Assembly: GCA_963693365.1 (NCBI GenBank)
Contig: CAVNZM010000001.1
Span: 6,898,907 to 6,962,906 of the forward strand
DNA: 64,000 nucleotides
Source: Amoebidium appalachense
Lineage: Eukaryota > Protista > Ichthyosporea
Reading direction: 5' to 3'
Part shown: piece by piece, positions 1-38,738 of the stretch
Numbering within the stretch: the first letter of the stretch is position 1
Layout: each line of letters begins with the position of its first letter
The notes under the pieces: generated by a model
Seen by the model: the letters and a program-made list of their open reading frames with translations, nothing else
What the model was told of the DNA's origin: nothing
Databases searched by the model: none
Position numbers and translations under genes: made by a program

Positions 1-121
1 AGGCACATGCACAAATACACATGCAAGCACATGTACATGCACACAGAACACGCATGCATGCAGGGTAGCATATAGGAAACAAGCATGCAGGTAGGGGTTG
101 GGCCGAGCGCAGTAGGCATAC

Positions 122-10165
<10,044 letters not shown>

Positions 10166-12265
10166 GGCTGAAAGGAAACATGAATAATGAATGATGGAGT
10201 TGGAAACAAGAGGTGGGAAGAGTGTGCAATAACAGACCCTTATGGCTCATAGATTACAAATGAAAGTGAAAGCCATTGTGATGTTGTAAGAGGACTGACC
10301 AGAAACAACTTGCTGGCCAGCGTGTGGCAGATGCATGCTTGCAAGGTTCCACTGACTGTTGATGGAGTTGCGCCACCGCCGCCTGATCAGCCTGCGACTG
10401 TTTGTCTTTGCATAAATCTTGCGCAACTCAGCGTGCCACTGGCAAGCCACTGGCCGCCGCCTGCAGAAGGAGGCTAGGGTATCTCTAGATGGCCGTGCGC
10501 AGGCTCTACCGTACAGGCTGTTATGATGTGATTACATGTCGCACCAGACCAAAGGTGTTTCAAAATAGATAACGAGACCATAACGAGACTTTTTATTTCC
10601 CCACGCTCCTTTTTTTTTGTTTATTTATTGACAAATGTATGTCACGGCACAGGTATGTACACGGGATTACGCAGCGGCGATGTGATCACAGGCCCGGCCC
10701 CAACGGTGACATCAGCATGATGCTAACCTTTGTGGAATGTGCCGAGTAACATGGGGAATGTATTGATTGGCTAATTCAGGCTTTTGGCCGGGCTTGTGAG
10801 CACATACCGAAATCAACACCATGCACGCATCCATGGCATCATGATGAAGCACAATTGTATATCGGTATACTTGCAATCACACGATTTATCACTAAAACTC
10901 GTTGAGTTTTCTGAACCTGGACATGCACAGTACGTAGGCCCGGGTAAGACTCGAGTGGTGGCCCGCTGGTGGGAGGCACCGTCTGATAGTCACGTGACAG
11001 ATTTGATTCTCGGACATTCCATTGTTAATTTAAGCCAATGGTAAATAAGTTTTGTTTGGGAGGAATTTCGTTCCGGGTCCAGTATTGTAATTGTGATCAT
11101 CAGTATCGCGATCATGCGAGTGTTTCGTCCCGGCGCTTCCTTTAGCTTCCACAAAATGTAGAGCAAGTAATATTATGAATTTTAGTAAAAAATATAATTA
11201 GAAACCTTTTGATTCTGTGTATGTGATGGTTTATTGGCAACTAAATGTGACTGGCCGGCACGCCGCACCATACTACAGTCGTTGCTACATTAACGTTTGC
11301 ATTCCTCTAGGCTAAGCCGCAATAAGAAGGACCAATCACAGGCATCCCGGCGGATAAAAAATCTTGCTGGTATATCATGGTAAATTTGCATTTGCATGGA
11401 TATCCTGCATTTGACATTATGTCTCATACACAGGGGGGAAAGGGAGTAAAAAAAAATAACCCACGAAAAAAAAAAAATCAAATTTAATATGATGAGCACA
11501 TAAGCGCAGAGCTGTTGTATTCTGCAACCCTTCCTTTATGCTTCCACTCTCTCATCCTACTGGATATATTTGGAATATCTGGGCATGTGGCGGATGAAAA
11601 TCTTGTCCGATATTCGTACCGACTCATGCGAGCTACTCATGCGCACGCCTACCGTGTGACACGCAGCACGGGACCCCTCAGTCGGCCGTCCTCACCCCAG
11701 GCCGTGTATGCTTGACTACTGAACTAAGCCTAGCTTTGAGCGTGCTTTGCTGCATTCATACCAAAACAACTTCGGACACACACACTTCTCCTTATAGCAC
11801 ACACATCTTTCAGCCTACTACGGTGGGCTGCGGCACCAGGCTCATACTGGCACTTCCCCAGAACAAACATGCACCAAAACTCACCTCATGGTCAATGATA
11901 CGATCGTTTCCTTTCTACCCTTGCTAGCGAGGCATGTATATACACCCTGGAAGAGGTTGCGTGTCAAGATTTTAGTTGTGCAGGCTGCTCACGGCAGGTA
12001 TACCGATTGTCTAAGTCCTGGTAACCCAAGTTTTTGGGGTTTACACCATCTAAACATCTGAAGTGATGTAGGCTAGCTATGTACAGAATAGGATACCAAA
12101 GGAAGAAAAGCAACAACCACTCGGAATTATCAGTGCCCCGGCATACCTCTGAACTTGTATTTCTTTTTATAACTCTCCCATCACCTTGGCTGCACCAAAC
12201 CAAATAGGGCTTCAACCTCCAATCCTCTCTCGGGGCAATCTGCCCTTTACCGGCATGCCTGTGAA

Positions 12266-23283
<11,018 letters not shown>

Positions 23284-23502
23284 AATGGTGTATACTATAG
23301 GCAGTTCTCTATAACCACGGGCCACATTTTGTTTACTCGCTTGTGTTGTTGTTCAGTCTTGGCTGTTTTTTATTTTTTAAGCCACCAACGGCTGCTAATA
23401 GTTTCAATGTAACTCGGAACGGGCTAAGAGATGGTTTTGCGGTTTTTTTTTTTCCTGTGTGTAGGTGTGGGTGTGTGGGTGTGTGGGGGTGTGTGTGTGT
23501 GT

Positions 23503-23574
<72 letters not shown>

Positions 23575-24071
23575 TATGTATATGAAACCGTAATTATTAG
23601 CCTAGATATCGGATAATAACGACATTGTTGTATCGTCGTTGATAGAGATGTCGCATCAACGGCCACCCCAAGCAGTAGATAATCGGAATATATCTTGCTA
23701 ATATATCTCGTACATGAAAATTACGTATACCATGTAGGCATCGTCGTACATACTCATGAATTAATCGTTGAATGGATATACTGCAACCCCGTTCAACTTT
23801 AAATTATGCCAATCCCTCCCCACCGAATTGATACAGGAATGGATACATTTGCACCCCCGTTCGAGTTGGTATATGACAGTTTACCCTCCTCCCCCCCCCC
23901 CCCCCCAAAAAAAAAAAAAAAAAAAAAAGGATTTCACGATCTTTTTTTTTTTTTTTTTTTTTTGTCTTTGGTATCATGGCATCGGACCCTGCCACGAATT
24001 CACGATACTTTCGGTAAACCGTTTTTCAAATCCAGTTTTTTCCATTATGCTTTACCCACTAATGTTGTATA

Positions 24072-27663
<3,592 letters not shown>

Positions 27664-28589
27664 TTCGGCACTGCGGCGTGATTGGCAAACAGGCATGTAC
27701 CTGGAAGTGTGCTCTTTTTTCTTTTTTTTTTTTTTTTGGGAAGGGGGGGGGGGGGGAGGGGGGGAGGAATGGGGGGGGAGGGGGGGGGGGGGGGGGGATG
27801 CATGTGTTTGTGTTTGTTCACCCGCGTGTGTGCCCCTGCGTGCACACACACCACGTGGGAATGATTTGTGAAATGTATCCAGCAACTGTGCGTGGGTGTC
27901 TTTATCGCCTGGGTGTGTGTGTGTGCGTGTGTGCGTGCGTGCGTGTGTGTGTATGTGTGCTGCATGTTCCGTGCATGTGATGTATGTCTGTTGCAGCGAT
28001 GTGTAGCTGTGTAATCATGTTTGCTGCGACACCTCCTCTGTCAGCTCCCTCAACTCTCTATCCCCCCCCCCCCCCCTCCCCCCCCCCCCCCCCACCACCA
28101 CCACCACCACCACCACCACCACCACCACCACTATCACCACCACCGCTTACCTACCTCCCCCCTCCACCTCCCCCTCCCCCCCCCCCCCCCCCCCCCCCAC
28201 CCCACCCCCCTCCCTCCTTTCCTTAAGGCTTCCCTGACGCCTGCCGCTGCCGCCGGCTCCCTTACACGTGTTTTCGACACACACAAACACATGCATTATT
28301 GGCAACCACAGTGACTCTCTGCAATGGCCTCTCTGAAGAAAACGGAAGAAGGGGGACCACGGACCTTTTTTGTATTTTTGGTAGTTGTGCTCAGCACTGC
28401 ACCATCAATGCTCAAACACCGTTTTTGGTGAAATGTGAAAGGGGGGGAAAGAAAAAAAGGGAGGGAGAGGAAAAAAAGAAAAGAAAAAAAAAAACTGTGG
28501 TCTGCCACGGTTGTAATTTGCAAATATTTCTAGGCCATGGTTGTATCGCTCAGAAAAAGCTTACCAGAATTAATACAGTTATTTCAACT

Positions 28590-30368
28590 CTTCGGCTGTT
28601 TTTGGTGCTATACGGGCGTTAAAACCCCTCAAGGCGTGCGGGCCGGATGCTCTTCCTCCCGTGCTTTTCAAGGTTCTTTCTCCCGTGCTTCCGCCCCCTA
28701 ATCGTGCAGAGTCCCCCCCGCCCCTGCCTTTTGCTGTCCTTCTTAGTGAGTTTTTCTCGGCGTTTTTCGAACTCGGGTTTATTCCAAATTCGTGGCTTGA
28801 CACAATCGTTACGCCCGTTCGTAAGAAGGTATCGCAGGGGGTCATTAACGACTTTCGTCCCGTCACACTTACCAACGTTTTTCGTCCGCTCTTCGAGGGT
28901 TGCATGCTTCGCGCATTTAACACCGACGATTCTTTAAACGCCGTGTTCCGTCTTTCTTCCCTTCAAGGGGGCTTTCGTCATGCCTATTCGTGTTATACTC
29001 ACACTCTGTTACTCCATGAATCCATTACTTCTGGCTCTCCACACGTTGTCTTCATCGACCTTAAGAACGCCTACGACACCGTACCCACTGGTTTGTTATG
29101 GCATAAGCTGGCTATGCGGGGCTTACCAGCCCCCTTTGGCCGTCTTCTGCAAGCGTTGTTCGATACCACTCGCGGACGAGCGGCGGTCAATGGAACATTA
29201 ACACCCGGTTTTTCCCGTTCTCGGGGTCTTCTGCAGGGGTCCCTCCTGAGTCCGTTGTTGTTTGACGTTTTCATTGACGATTTAGCCTGCGCCCTCGAAC
29301 CCTTTGGCCAACTGCATACCCCGCCGTGTTCCGGGTCTCCTTTTTGCGGACGATATTGTTCTTTGTTCCTTAACCGAAGATGTCATGCACCAAATGCTTC
29401 GTCAGGTAGATCAATGGTGCACCGAGAATCTCATGACAGTCGGAATTGCAAAGTGTGCTACTTTTTCGAAAAACACTTCATTTCGATTGGCCGGTCTTCC
29501 TATTCCTGTTCAGAGCACCTATGACTATTTGGGTATTCCTTTTACTGCACGGGGTATTGATTTCCGCTACAAAGCTCCTCACGGCACGGATCGCTCGCGC
29601 GAAGGGTCAGCTTCACATCGTGTCAATTATGTTTCAACGGGAGTCTGTGACATGATCCATCCTGCGAACCTTCTTCTCTACTATAAAACTTTTTTACGGC
29701 CGACTTTCAAATATGGACTTCCGCTATTGGCCTGCGCCCCACCTCGCGAGGCGGCCATGGCGCTGAAAGAGTTCTACGATTTTCAGGGTACTGCGCTGCG
29801 CACTTTGTTTCGTACTCGGTTTGTGCCTCCCTTAATCAGTATGTTTGGATTGTCGTCTGCTGTTTGTCCGGTGACTCGTATGGAGGAATTGTCTCTTCGT
29901 TTTTGTTTTCATTTAGTTAGGATACCTGATGGTCACCCTCTTTATGCTTTCTTTCCCCCCCCCTCCATCCATCCCTCTTCCCCCCGATTCACCAACGCTA
30001 CTTCTGAATGTCCTCAGCCTACCCTCTTTCAACCTGATTCTTCCTCTCGCTATCTCACTCCCACTTTCTTTTCTCTTCCTGTTTTTTCTGCCTTTTCGCG
30101 TTATTACCATACGCAGTATAAGTTTCTTTCTCGTTCTGATAGCCTAAATCAAAGGTAAAACTCAGTCGGCATGTGTTATGTTCCTTAGGCAACACCGTAC
30201 TGATCATTATCGCTTTTTGGGAGCTTTGGCAGGATACATTTCTCCTGCTGTACGTAGTTAGTATGCACTTGCTACTGGATAAATTGTGAAGCCTTTTTTT
30301 CATATTGCCTCGGAGTCTGCTCTAAGCATGCCTGCACATTTACATCCCCTATCGGTTGGAGAAATCTG

Positions 30369-30410
<42 letters not shown>

Positions 30411-30411
30411 A

Positions 30412-30442
<31 letters not shown>

Positions 30443-30460
30443 AAATAAATAAATAAAAAG
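28590..30460 (+). mobile_element. 5'-truncated non-LTR retrotransposon (LINE) with frameshifted reverse transcriptase
   Basis: KACGPD..., FRPVTLTNVFRPLFE, QGGFR, FIDLKNAYDTVP, GLLQGSLLSPLLF (ORF 28661-29524). A frameshift near 29300 leads to LLFADDI, YDYLGIPF, YKTFLRP..YG (ORF 29304-30158). The 3' end has a C run, an A run and a (TAAA)n tail at 30371-30460. No endonuclease domain present. Confidence 0.9.
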
Positions 30461-31602
30461 CGGAAACATCCCCTGTAAGTGATTCACAATACCACGATAT
30501 CCAACCCCAGGCTTCACCAGGCATCTCGGCTGGTAACTTGAATTCTTTTGAGATAACCCGTGATGGACAAAAGATTTCATTTTTGACAATCACTGCATAT
30601 GGTGTGCATGTGTCGGGGCCTTTAAGTTTCTTGGCCTCCTGTCAACAGTTTCGGCTGGATTACGAACACTAATTTCAGGGACTTATCGGTACAGTTATTT
30701 TTTTGGCCCCATGCATGCATGCACGTGACAAATTAGGAGCCCGGGCTAACTAATGGTAGCACTCTGCACTTACTGTAGCACCATACCATTGTACTGCCTG
30801 TAGCTCATACGACACACACTTTGAATTCTCTGGGTTTAAAGTGAAAATTGGTAATTCTTTTCTTTTGACTGGATTTATTCGACGGAAAGATATGCAAGTA
30901 TGCACGGCATACTGAGAAGACAAGAAAAACTTCACGAGTTATCCAGTAACAAGTGCATACTGAGATACCTGAACACTGTGTGAAAATCATATAAATACTC
31001 AATGTGACGACCAACAGAATTCAACAAAAAGTCTAAAGTGTTCACATTGCCAGCTAGTGTAGCAGACACCGTAGGGAAAGAGGTAAAACGCGACATAAAA
31101 ACTCACACCTATCAACATTGCTTGCGATTAAAAAGTTCAGCACAAAAGTGGCACCAGCGGCGATGAAAACAAGAATTACAGCGCCACTGCACAACTTCCC
31201 AGGCAATATCAACATCAGAGCACCATACAGACTTATCTACTAGGGTGGTATCCATACGTGAACACTGGGTGAAAATCATAGATATATTTAACGTGACTGC
31301 CTTTAAGCCGGACAAGGAATTTGCAACCCGTCATTGTACGCCAGGCTGATAACGACCTCGTTTTCACTTCGCCGTGGCCAAGCACACGCTGTGCCCTCTT
31401 TGGTGTACAAAAACACTATTGACGTGTGCGTGGGGGTGTCAAAGCGCCCAACCTGCCAGAGAGACATGAGCGCGCGCTGGCAGGTCACGTGGGCGTCACG
31501 TGCACCCATCTGCAAACATTATATGAGGTTAAATTCCACTTAGCCTCTCACTATTCCCCCCCCCCCCCCCCCCCCCCCGCCCTCGCCCAACCCATATACC
31601 CA

Positions 31603-31679
<77 letters not shown>

Positions 31680-33802
31680 AAAAAAAGCTTGAACGAATGA
31701 GCGGGTAAAATTGAATGAAAAGAAGGTAAATTGGTCACAATGGGAATGAAACAAGGGGCCTTTCCAAAACCGATTGCAAGACAAAGGAAAAGAACCCCGG
31801 GGGCCCGGCCCTAGCTGCGCTCTCTCGCGATCGTGCCGTATCATGGTCCCCCCGCGCCCCCCCCCCCTGCATCTCCCTGTGCCCCCGGCCCCCTTTCTCG
31901 CAGCATCTGGTCAATTGTTTGACGGCTTGCCTGGGGAAGCAGGCAGTGCGTGGGTGTACCAAAATCATACAGGGCCAGCACCATACACATGGTTCAGTGG
32001 TGATCATGAGCTCCGGCGGAGATGGCCAAGATCATGATCATCGAGATGCCCAAACTGTTCGTTCGCATTTGATTGGGTTTGGTTTCGCGCTTACTCAAAT
32101 ATAGTATAAAGAAGGCTCATTTGATTGGCTCAAATAAAGTAGCCCGGGAGCAGCTACGTAACACTGGCACACTGTCGTGCGTGTTCAGAGGGCCGTGGTC
32201 TGGCAGACGGACCCAGTGCGTCGGTAACTTGGCAGACAGGGCAGACACAGCCGGCGGTACGTCGGACAGCGCTGCAAAAGTGGCTGTCTAATTGGACACA
32301 GCAGACACTCCTTATGGTACGCATCGGTAGCCCGGCGAATGTTTTTATCCCGCGTCAACACAAACGAATGAAAATAACAACAGCGATCAGTTTCGTCTCG
32401 TCAAGAGGGGCATACAAGACAAGCCTGGCTTTCTCCTTCCGCCTCCACTTGGACCCTACTGGCACGCGTTTCTCACTTTCCCCTTGCCGCTCCTTGAAGG
32501 TTCCCCCCCACCCCCCTCCTCTCTCCCTTGCCTCTCCTACTCTCCCTCTCCCTCCTTATTATATCTCTCTTACTCTCTGCATCCTCCCCCCCCCCCCCCC
32601 CCCCCCCCGTCCCCACACACACACATACACACGCATACACACTCACACACACACCCACACACCACCAACCCGCGCATCTCTTTTCTCAAGTGTGATCTCT
32701 TGTTCCCTCTCTCCCTCCTTCTCTCTCACAAACACTTTCTCCTTTTCCCTGCTTCTTCTACCTCTCTCTCTGCATCACACGTTCTCTCTCAGTCTCTTTC
32801 TCTCTTCTCCCCCTCTTCACGTCCCCCCCCCCCCCCCCTCCCCCTTCTCTCTCCCTGTGTGTTTCTCTCGCCAGCGCTCACCCCTATCCCCCATCAGCTC
32901 CCCTTTCTCCCCTCCTTTCCCTCCCTCCCTCCCCCCCACCCCCCCCCCCCTTTCTCTCTCCCTGTGTGTTTCTCCCGCCAGCGCTCACCCCTATCCCCCA
33001 TCCACTCCCCTTTCTCCCCTCCTTTCCCTCCCCCCCCCCCCCCCCCCCCCCCTCCGCCCCAGCCTCTTTCCACACCCCGACGCCTCCCCCCCCCCCCCCC
33101 CCCTCCCCTCCCCTCCCCCCCCCCCCAACACCACCACCAACCCCCCACCCCACCAGCACACACACACGCCACATGGGCCCTTGAAGTGTTGGACCGTGAG
33201 TGCACGTAATTGAGAATCTGCAAGTGTTTGTGGCTGCCATACCTGCTGCTGTTATGTGTTTGCGTTTTTGACATACATAGACAAGACAAGAGTACACAAA
33301 CTTTGCTCATGTCAGCGGGTTTTTAATAGGCAGCAACAGGGGAGCAAAAACCTCTTATATTGATCCTATGTACGTGTGAGAGGACCTGTGTGCCAGTGTG
33401 TATGTGCGTATTTCAAAGCCTGAGCATTTTGTTTGAGGAGACACGTGGTTTATGCAAACCAGTGTTCCGCCTCAATGATGCTTTACTTATGGTAGCGTCA
33501 ATGTCCAAATGTATTCAACAATATCGAGTAAATCGGCGTGCAGGTGCACGTGCATGCGTGTGTGGCCTTTTTGTATGCACCGATTCAAGTGCATCCCTGT
33601 GTTTCTCTCCCACTCTTCTTTTCGTTTTCCTCACTCTCTGATCTTGTTCTGCCAGTGTCTCGTGTGCTTTTTCTTGTCTAATTTCTTCCCTCTTCGCGTA
33701 ACCCTGTAGTATGCCATGCTTCCTGGGGGGTGGAAGTGGTGGTGGGTGGTGGTGGCTGGGCGGGCGGGGGGGAGAGGGGTGGGAGCGGGGGGGGGGGGGA
33801 GA

Positions 33803-33915
33803 CCACAACAGAAACAGCTTAATTTTGAAACCCCCCTCCCCCACAACAGAAACAACTTAATTTTGAACCCCCCCTCCCCCACAACAGAAACAGCTTAATT
33901 TTGAACCCCCCTCTC
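33803..33915. repeat. Tandem repeat, 3 x ~38 bp
   Basis: ccacaacagaaacaRcttaattttgaa + C-rich tract occurs three times in tandem. Confidence 0.9.
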
Positions 33916-34120
33916 CCCCCCCTCCCCCCTCCCCCCTTTGCTCCTCTAGAAAACTGTAGACAAGCCCGCCTTTTTTTACCACGGTGACCACTGCTTCTTG
34001 CTTGATTCCTCCCCCCCCCTTCTCCAAATCACCACCACCACAACCGTCCCGCTATGCGCACACGGACATTTGCTTACATGTCGTGCACAACTGGGCGTGC
34101 GGGTTAACCGATGTCCATGA

Positions 34121-34151
<31 letters not shown>

Positions 34152-34328
34152 TTTTCCTCCTTTCAGACCCTCCCACCTTCCTCTTCCAACATCTCCTTTC
34201 CCCCCAATCCATCACCCCAGACACATGCGCACACAGAGTGGCAACACCAAGAATGACCGATCTATCTTCGTGGCAGAAAAAACCCCCTACATGACTACCG
34301 ACCCCCACCTCCCCCACCTCCCCCCACC

Positions 34329-34363
<35 letters not shown>

Positions 34364-35594
34364 CAATAATTTTTTTCAAGTGAGTAATAGCATAGAATAA
34401 TTGATATACAAATTGCCGTGAATGATAATAACAATGAACCATAATTAAAAAAAAATGACATCGGATGTCATGACTCATCAACAGTTGCATATGCACTGTG
34501 TTTATTACATACACCTGAGCATGCACACGTGCAAAGGTAGCCATGCAGTCGGCAGCAACCACAAACACATAAAATTGCGCCTATAGATGCGAGGTTGTTC
34601 TTAACGTTTTTTCGGTGGTAGCTACGTGGCGCTAATGGAACCGTCCTTTACAACTTTTGTAAATATAGCAATTGGTCAACATGCCGCTTGTTGATGCCCG
34701 AGTCCACGGAGGATACGTTTTTGTGGGTGGGTGGGTGAGTTGGTGGGTTGGGGGGAGGGGGGAGGAAGGCGCGGGGGGGGGGGGGGGGGGGGGGGGGGGG
34801 GAGGGCGCCACACACACACACACACCGTACTCCTACCATAATTGTCTATGGAGTAATTGGTTCCCTGATGGAGTCTCGGGTCTATTACACTCAACCCCAA
34901 AGAGTGTCTTGAAATGTTAAGCTATAGATAGCTATACCGCGCACAACGGGATTCTACCCCCCTCTCCCCGCCCCCTCCCCCCCCCCCCTTTAACCCCCAC
35001 GCCACCCTTGCACACGCACCACCACATGTCAAGACAGGTGCATGCTTGCTCGCGCACACACACATGCAGTTACCGCACACGTGTGTGCAGGCACGTGCAC
35101 AAACTCACGGGCACTTGCATTTGTTATATACTCAAGACACTTCGCCCACATGTGTGCGCACACGCACTCACACTTTCTCTCTCCCACTTATCTCACACTT
35201 CCCGTGTTCCCTGCCCCCCCCACCGCTACGCGTATAACCTCCTTCTCTCTTTTCCCACTCTCTCTCTCTATCCCTCTCTCTCTTCCCCCTCCCCCCCCCC
35301 CCCCCCCCCCCCCTCTCTCTCTCCTCTCTCTCTCTCTGTGTGTCTCTCTCACTCTCTCTTTCTCTCCCTTTTTCACCCTTCCTCCCTCTCTCTCTCTCTC
35401 CCTCCCTCTCTCTCCCTCCCTCTCTCCCTCTCTCTCTCCCACTCCCCCCTCCCCCCCCCCCCCCCCCCCCCCTCTCTCTCTCTCTCAGATCTCTCTCGCC
35501 TCCCCCTTTTCTCTATCTCTGCGTCCCCCCCTCCCCCCCCCTCAAACACACACGCACACACTGGGCACCAGTGCATGCATGCTTTGCCAATCAC

Positions 35595-35630
<36 letters not shown>

Positions 35631-37089
35631 TACACACACACACACACAAACACACGCACACACACACGCGCGCGCGCGCAACGGAAGACACACACGTATG
35701 TTCGGGCCAAGTAGAAAGCAGGCAGGCATTCCTGGCAAGACGCACCATGAGCACATATCGTGGGGCGAACGCACAAACACACGCACACAAGCACGCACGC
35801 ACGCACGCACGCACACACAGTCACACACAAACACAAACACACACGCACGCAACCACACACACACACACACAAACACACACATACACACACATACACACAC
35901 ACACGCACACGTACACACATGCAAGCACACACACACATACACAGCCTCACATATATTATCCAGCCCGGAAGTTTCGGTAAAGATTCAAAGAACCAGATGA
36001 CATCGCCGCTTCAGGCAAGGCCTCCTATTCTGACGGAGGCTGGGCCATGGCCATGGCCTTCAGCAGCTGTAGGCAGGCCGTGCCGTTTCAGTTTGCAAAA
36101 AGCGCGCCAAAAGAGAACATTCAACCAATCTTACAGTTGATTACATTGCCAAATATAGTTTAGTGAACAAGGTCTTCAAGATTTGATTGGTTCTTGAGGA
36201 TTATCACATGTCACGTGTATGTCTCCCCGAATGTTCGCAGTTACCTTATATGGCAAGTCATCTGATAATGAGAGCGGCCTCCGGAGTCAGGAGGGGCCGA
36301 AGGAACTTGGGAAGGTATGGTAACCAATCGTCCAAGAAGCTAATCAAATACATACAAAAACGCATGATTAAAACAATAATTTATCTTATTATGAAATACA
36401 AAAAGTAGCTGTGATTGATAGAATTCTTTTCGGCGAGCTCTCGGTTACCATGATGATCAGCCTGTCAGCTGTCGGTTCAGAAAACAATTTACCCTGCTTC
36501 TAATGATACATTCCAACAGTTGGTTTGTATCACTCCCTGATTCTTTTGATTTAAATAATTGTTTAAAGTTTTTTAACTGCATTTTCATAGTTAGAATGGT
36601 TTTTAAAAATGCTTAAGAAGGGATTTAAACAACTGGCAAAAAAGGGTGGCAAATCATAACGGTGACGACGACATTTCAACTCTATATACGTTGAAAATAT
36701 ACTCCAAGAAACAAGAATAATACAATTCAAGCTAAGACCAAAAGAAAAATTATTTTTTAAATATAAGTAAAGAAGCCATTTGAAACACACAGCCGTATTA
36801 GCAGGCGCTCTACTGCAGGTTGGAGCCACTGTAGTGACAATAATAGGTCCGAGTGGGAGCTTCTGTGATTGGCCGAATTTGCGCGCCCGAGACTCTGCCA
36901 AATAGCTGGGCACACACAGACAGACAGAGACTCACAGACACCTCTCTTGGGCAGTTGGGAAGAAGCGAAGTAGAAAGTACGCGGCTGGTTGCGAATTACG
37001 TCTATACACATTTTTACTTCAGTTGCCTATTGTACTTCGTTCTCGTCAAAGCTTAAGACCGAGCTGCATGGATGGTGTGAAAAGACATG

Positions 37090-37097
37090 TGACGTCA
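37090..37097. promoter_or_regulatory. CRE-like palindrome TGACGTCA upstream of the orphan ORF
   Basis: Perfect TGACGTCA about 140 bp before ATG 37235; a near-match agacgtca lies at ~37148. Confidence 0.35.
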
Positions 37098-37234
37098 GCA
37101 TTGCTGGATGGTGCAAGTGTTTAGATTTCAAGTGAAGTGCTAGAAGTAGACGTCAAACAAGAACGGGTAGAGCTAACAGAAAGAGCACACACGCACACAC
37201 TGAACACACGCACGTACAGGCACGTGTCGTTAAC

Positions 37235-37864
37235 ATGACAGACCTTGCATCCCGGCCTCACTCGAACCTGTTTCGGGAAGAGGCGAACGATTTTATGTAT
37301 TTCCTCGCTTGTGTAAACGAGGCACCCCAGTTTAGAGGCTTCGTTTCACCCCCTCACAGCGTTCCTTACCTTGAGTTTGCACAGCAAGACAAATCTCCCC
37401 CTGCTTCTCCCTACACGATGCCCGTGTTCCCACGATCAACACCTACAGAGCAAGTGAAGATAGCCCCAAAGAGAAGAATGCGAACAGAGGCACAGAGATC
37501 GCCACTATTCAAGCAGTTTCGTTTTGTTGCGTCGAGGAAACATGAACAGCCAAGCGTAGAGAAGCAGCCACACGAGACTTCCTTAGCTTCGTCCTCTTCC
37601 TCCCCCGCTACACCAACAGAAACCTCTCCGCGTCCTACCCAGCCTACGCCTCCTCTCCAGGGAGGGTCCTTTGCTACACACCACGATTTTTTCAATGGCG
37701 GTTCACCTGGGCCTCTGCGTGGGCAAGCCAGGACGGTTAGAAGGACAGGGGGTGGAAGTTCTTGGTCTGTGTTTACGCAAAAAGACTTTGAAACGAAAAA
37801 GAGACGGAGGTCACGCAAGCAAAACGCATCAACGCCGGCAACCCAAGGCGCTGCAACTGCGTAA
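37235..37864 (+). CDS. Hypothetical 209-aa Pro/Ser-rich protein with basic NLS-like clusters
   Basis: Repeat-free ATG-initiated ORF of 630 nt with PKRRMR and KKRRRSRK, followed by AT-rich sequence. The stop overlaps a potential donor (gc|gtaagt), so further exons are possible. Confidence 0.6.
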   Translation: MTDLASRPHSNLFREEANDFMYFLACVNEAPQFRGFVSPPHSVPYLEFAQQDKSPPASPYTMPVFPRSTPTEQVKIAPKRRMRTEAQRSPLFKQFRFVASRKHEQPSVEKQPHETSLASSSSSPATPTETSPRPTQPTPPLQGGSFATHHDFFNGGSPGPLRGQARTVRRTGGGSSWSVFTQKDFETKKRRRSRKQNASTPATQGAATA

Positions 37865-38695
37865 GTGCAAGATCTGTTTTCTTTCCCGCCTGAGTTTATT
37901 TGTGTACGGTGATAACCATGTATGGTTCAATGCAGGTGTGAAGTAGCCAGCATCTTTCCCTGTTCTTCTGGTATTTTTAGACTGTGATACAGGTGTATTA
38001 ATGACCATGTTCGTGATCGTTAAATTTGTAGCTTTTCTAGCTTCTTCCAATAGATATAGCCGAAGGTGTACAAATGATTTTTTCCTCCACCAGTTAAACT
38101 CTAAACGAAAAGTATGCAAGAGAAGCTTTTACATCCACGAATGTCGATCGTTTGGCCTTTTAATAGGCAATATAACCACATATATATATATATATATATA
38201 TATGTAGAGTTAGTGGAACTCAGGTAGTAAAATCGCTTCTTAAGAAGCTCACATTTGGGTAACATGGTGTGCCCTTTGACAAATACAAGATTGCTATTGC
38301 AGTGGTGTCTCGTATGGACATAAACACGTAGTCCGTCTGGACTCCTTTTGCCCATACTGATGAAGTTGGTGTTTGCACAACCTACAAGGATTTACTGAAT
38401 TACATAAGCACGCACTCAGGCACTTATGCCCCTCACAAATGATACACATGTACACTGATTAACACTCAAGCTTGGCACACAAAGTACACAAAAGCGGGGG
38501 GAGGGAAGGGAGGGGGAGCGGGGGAATATGCCCTGGTGGTCCCCTCTCCTGTGTGTGTGGGGGGGTGGGGGCGGGGGGAAGGGGGACCCACGGGAGGATT
38601 ATGCGGTCATGTTTTGAAGACGGGAGGCGGGAGAGGTGGGGGGGATGTACCGGGGGGGTAAGGAGTGTTAGGGGGACAACCTGCTCAAGGGGTTG

Positions 38696-38738
<43 letters not shown>

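Noticed and set aside
10300-10460. Upstream minus-strand exon of the SNF2 gene
   Set aside because: Splice-like ends exist but no coding start could be established; it may be 5' UTR, so it was not annotated.
33803-33915. CRISPR-like appearance of the 38-bp repeat (also 56820-56978)
   Set aside because: No unique spacers, no cas genes, eukaryotic context.
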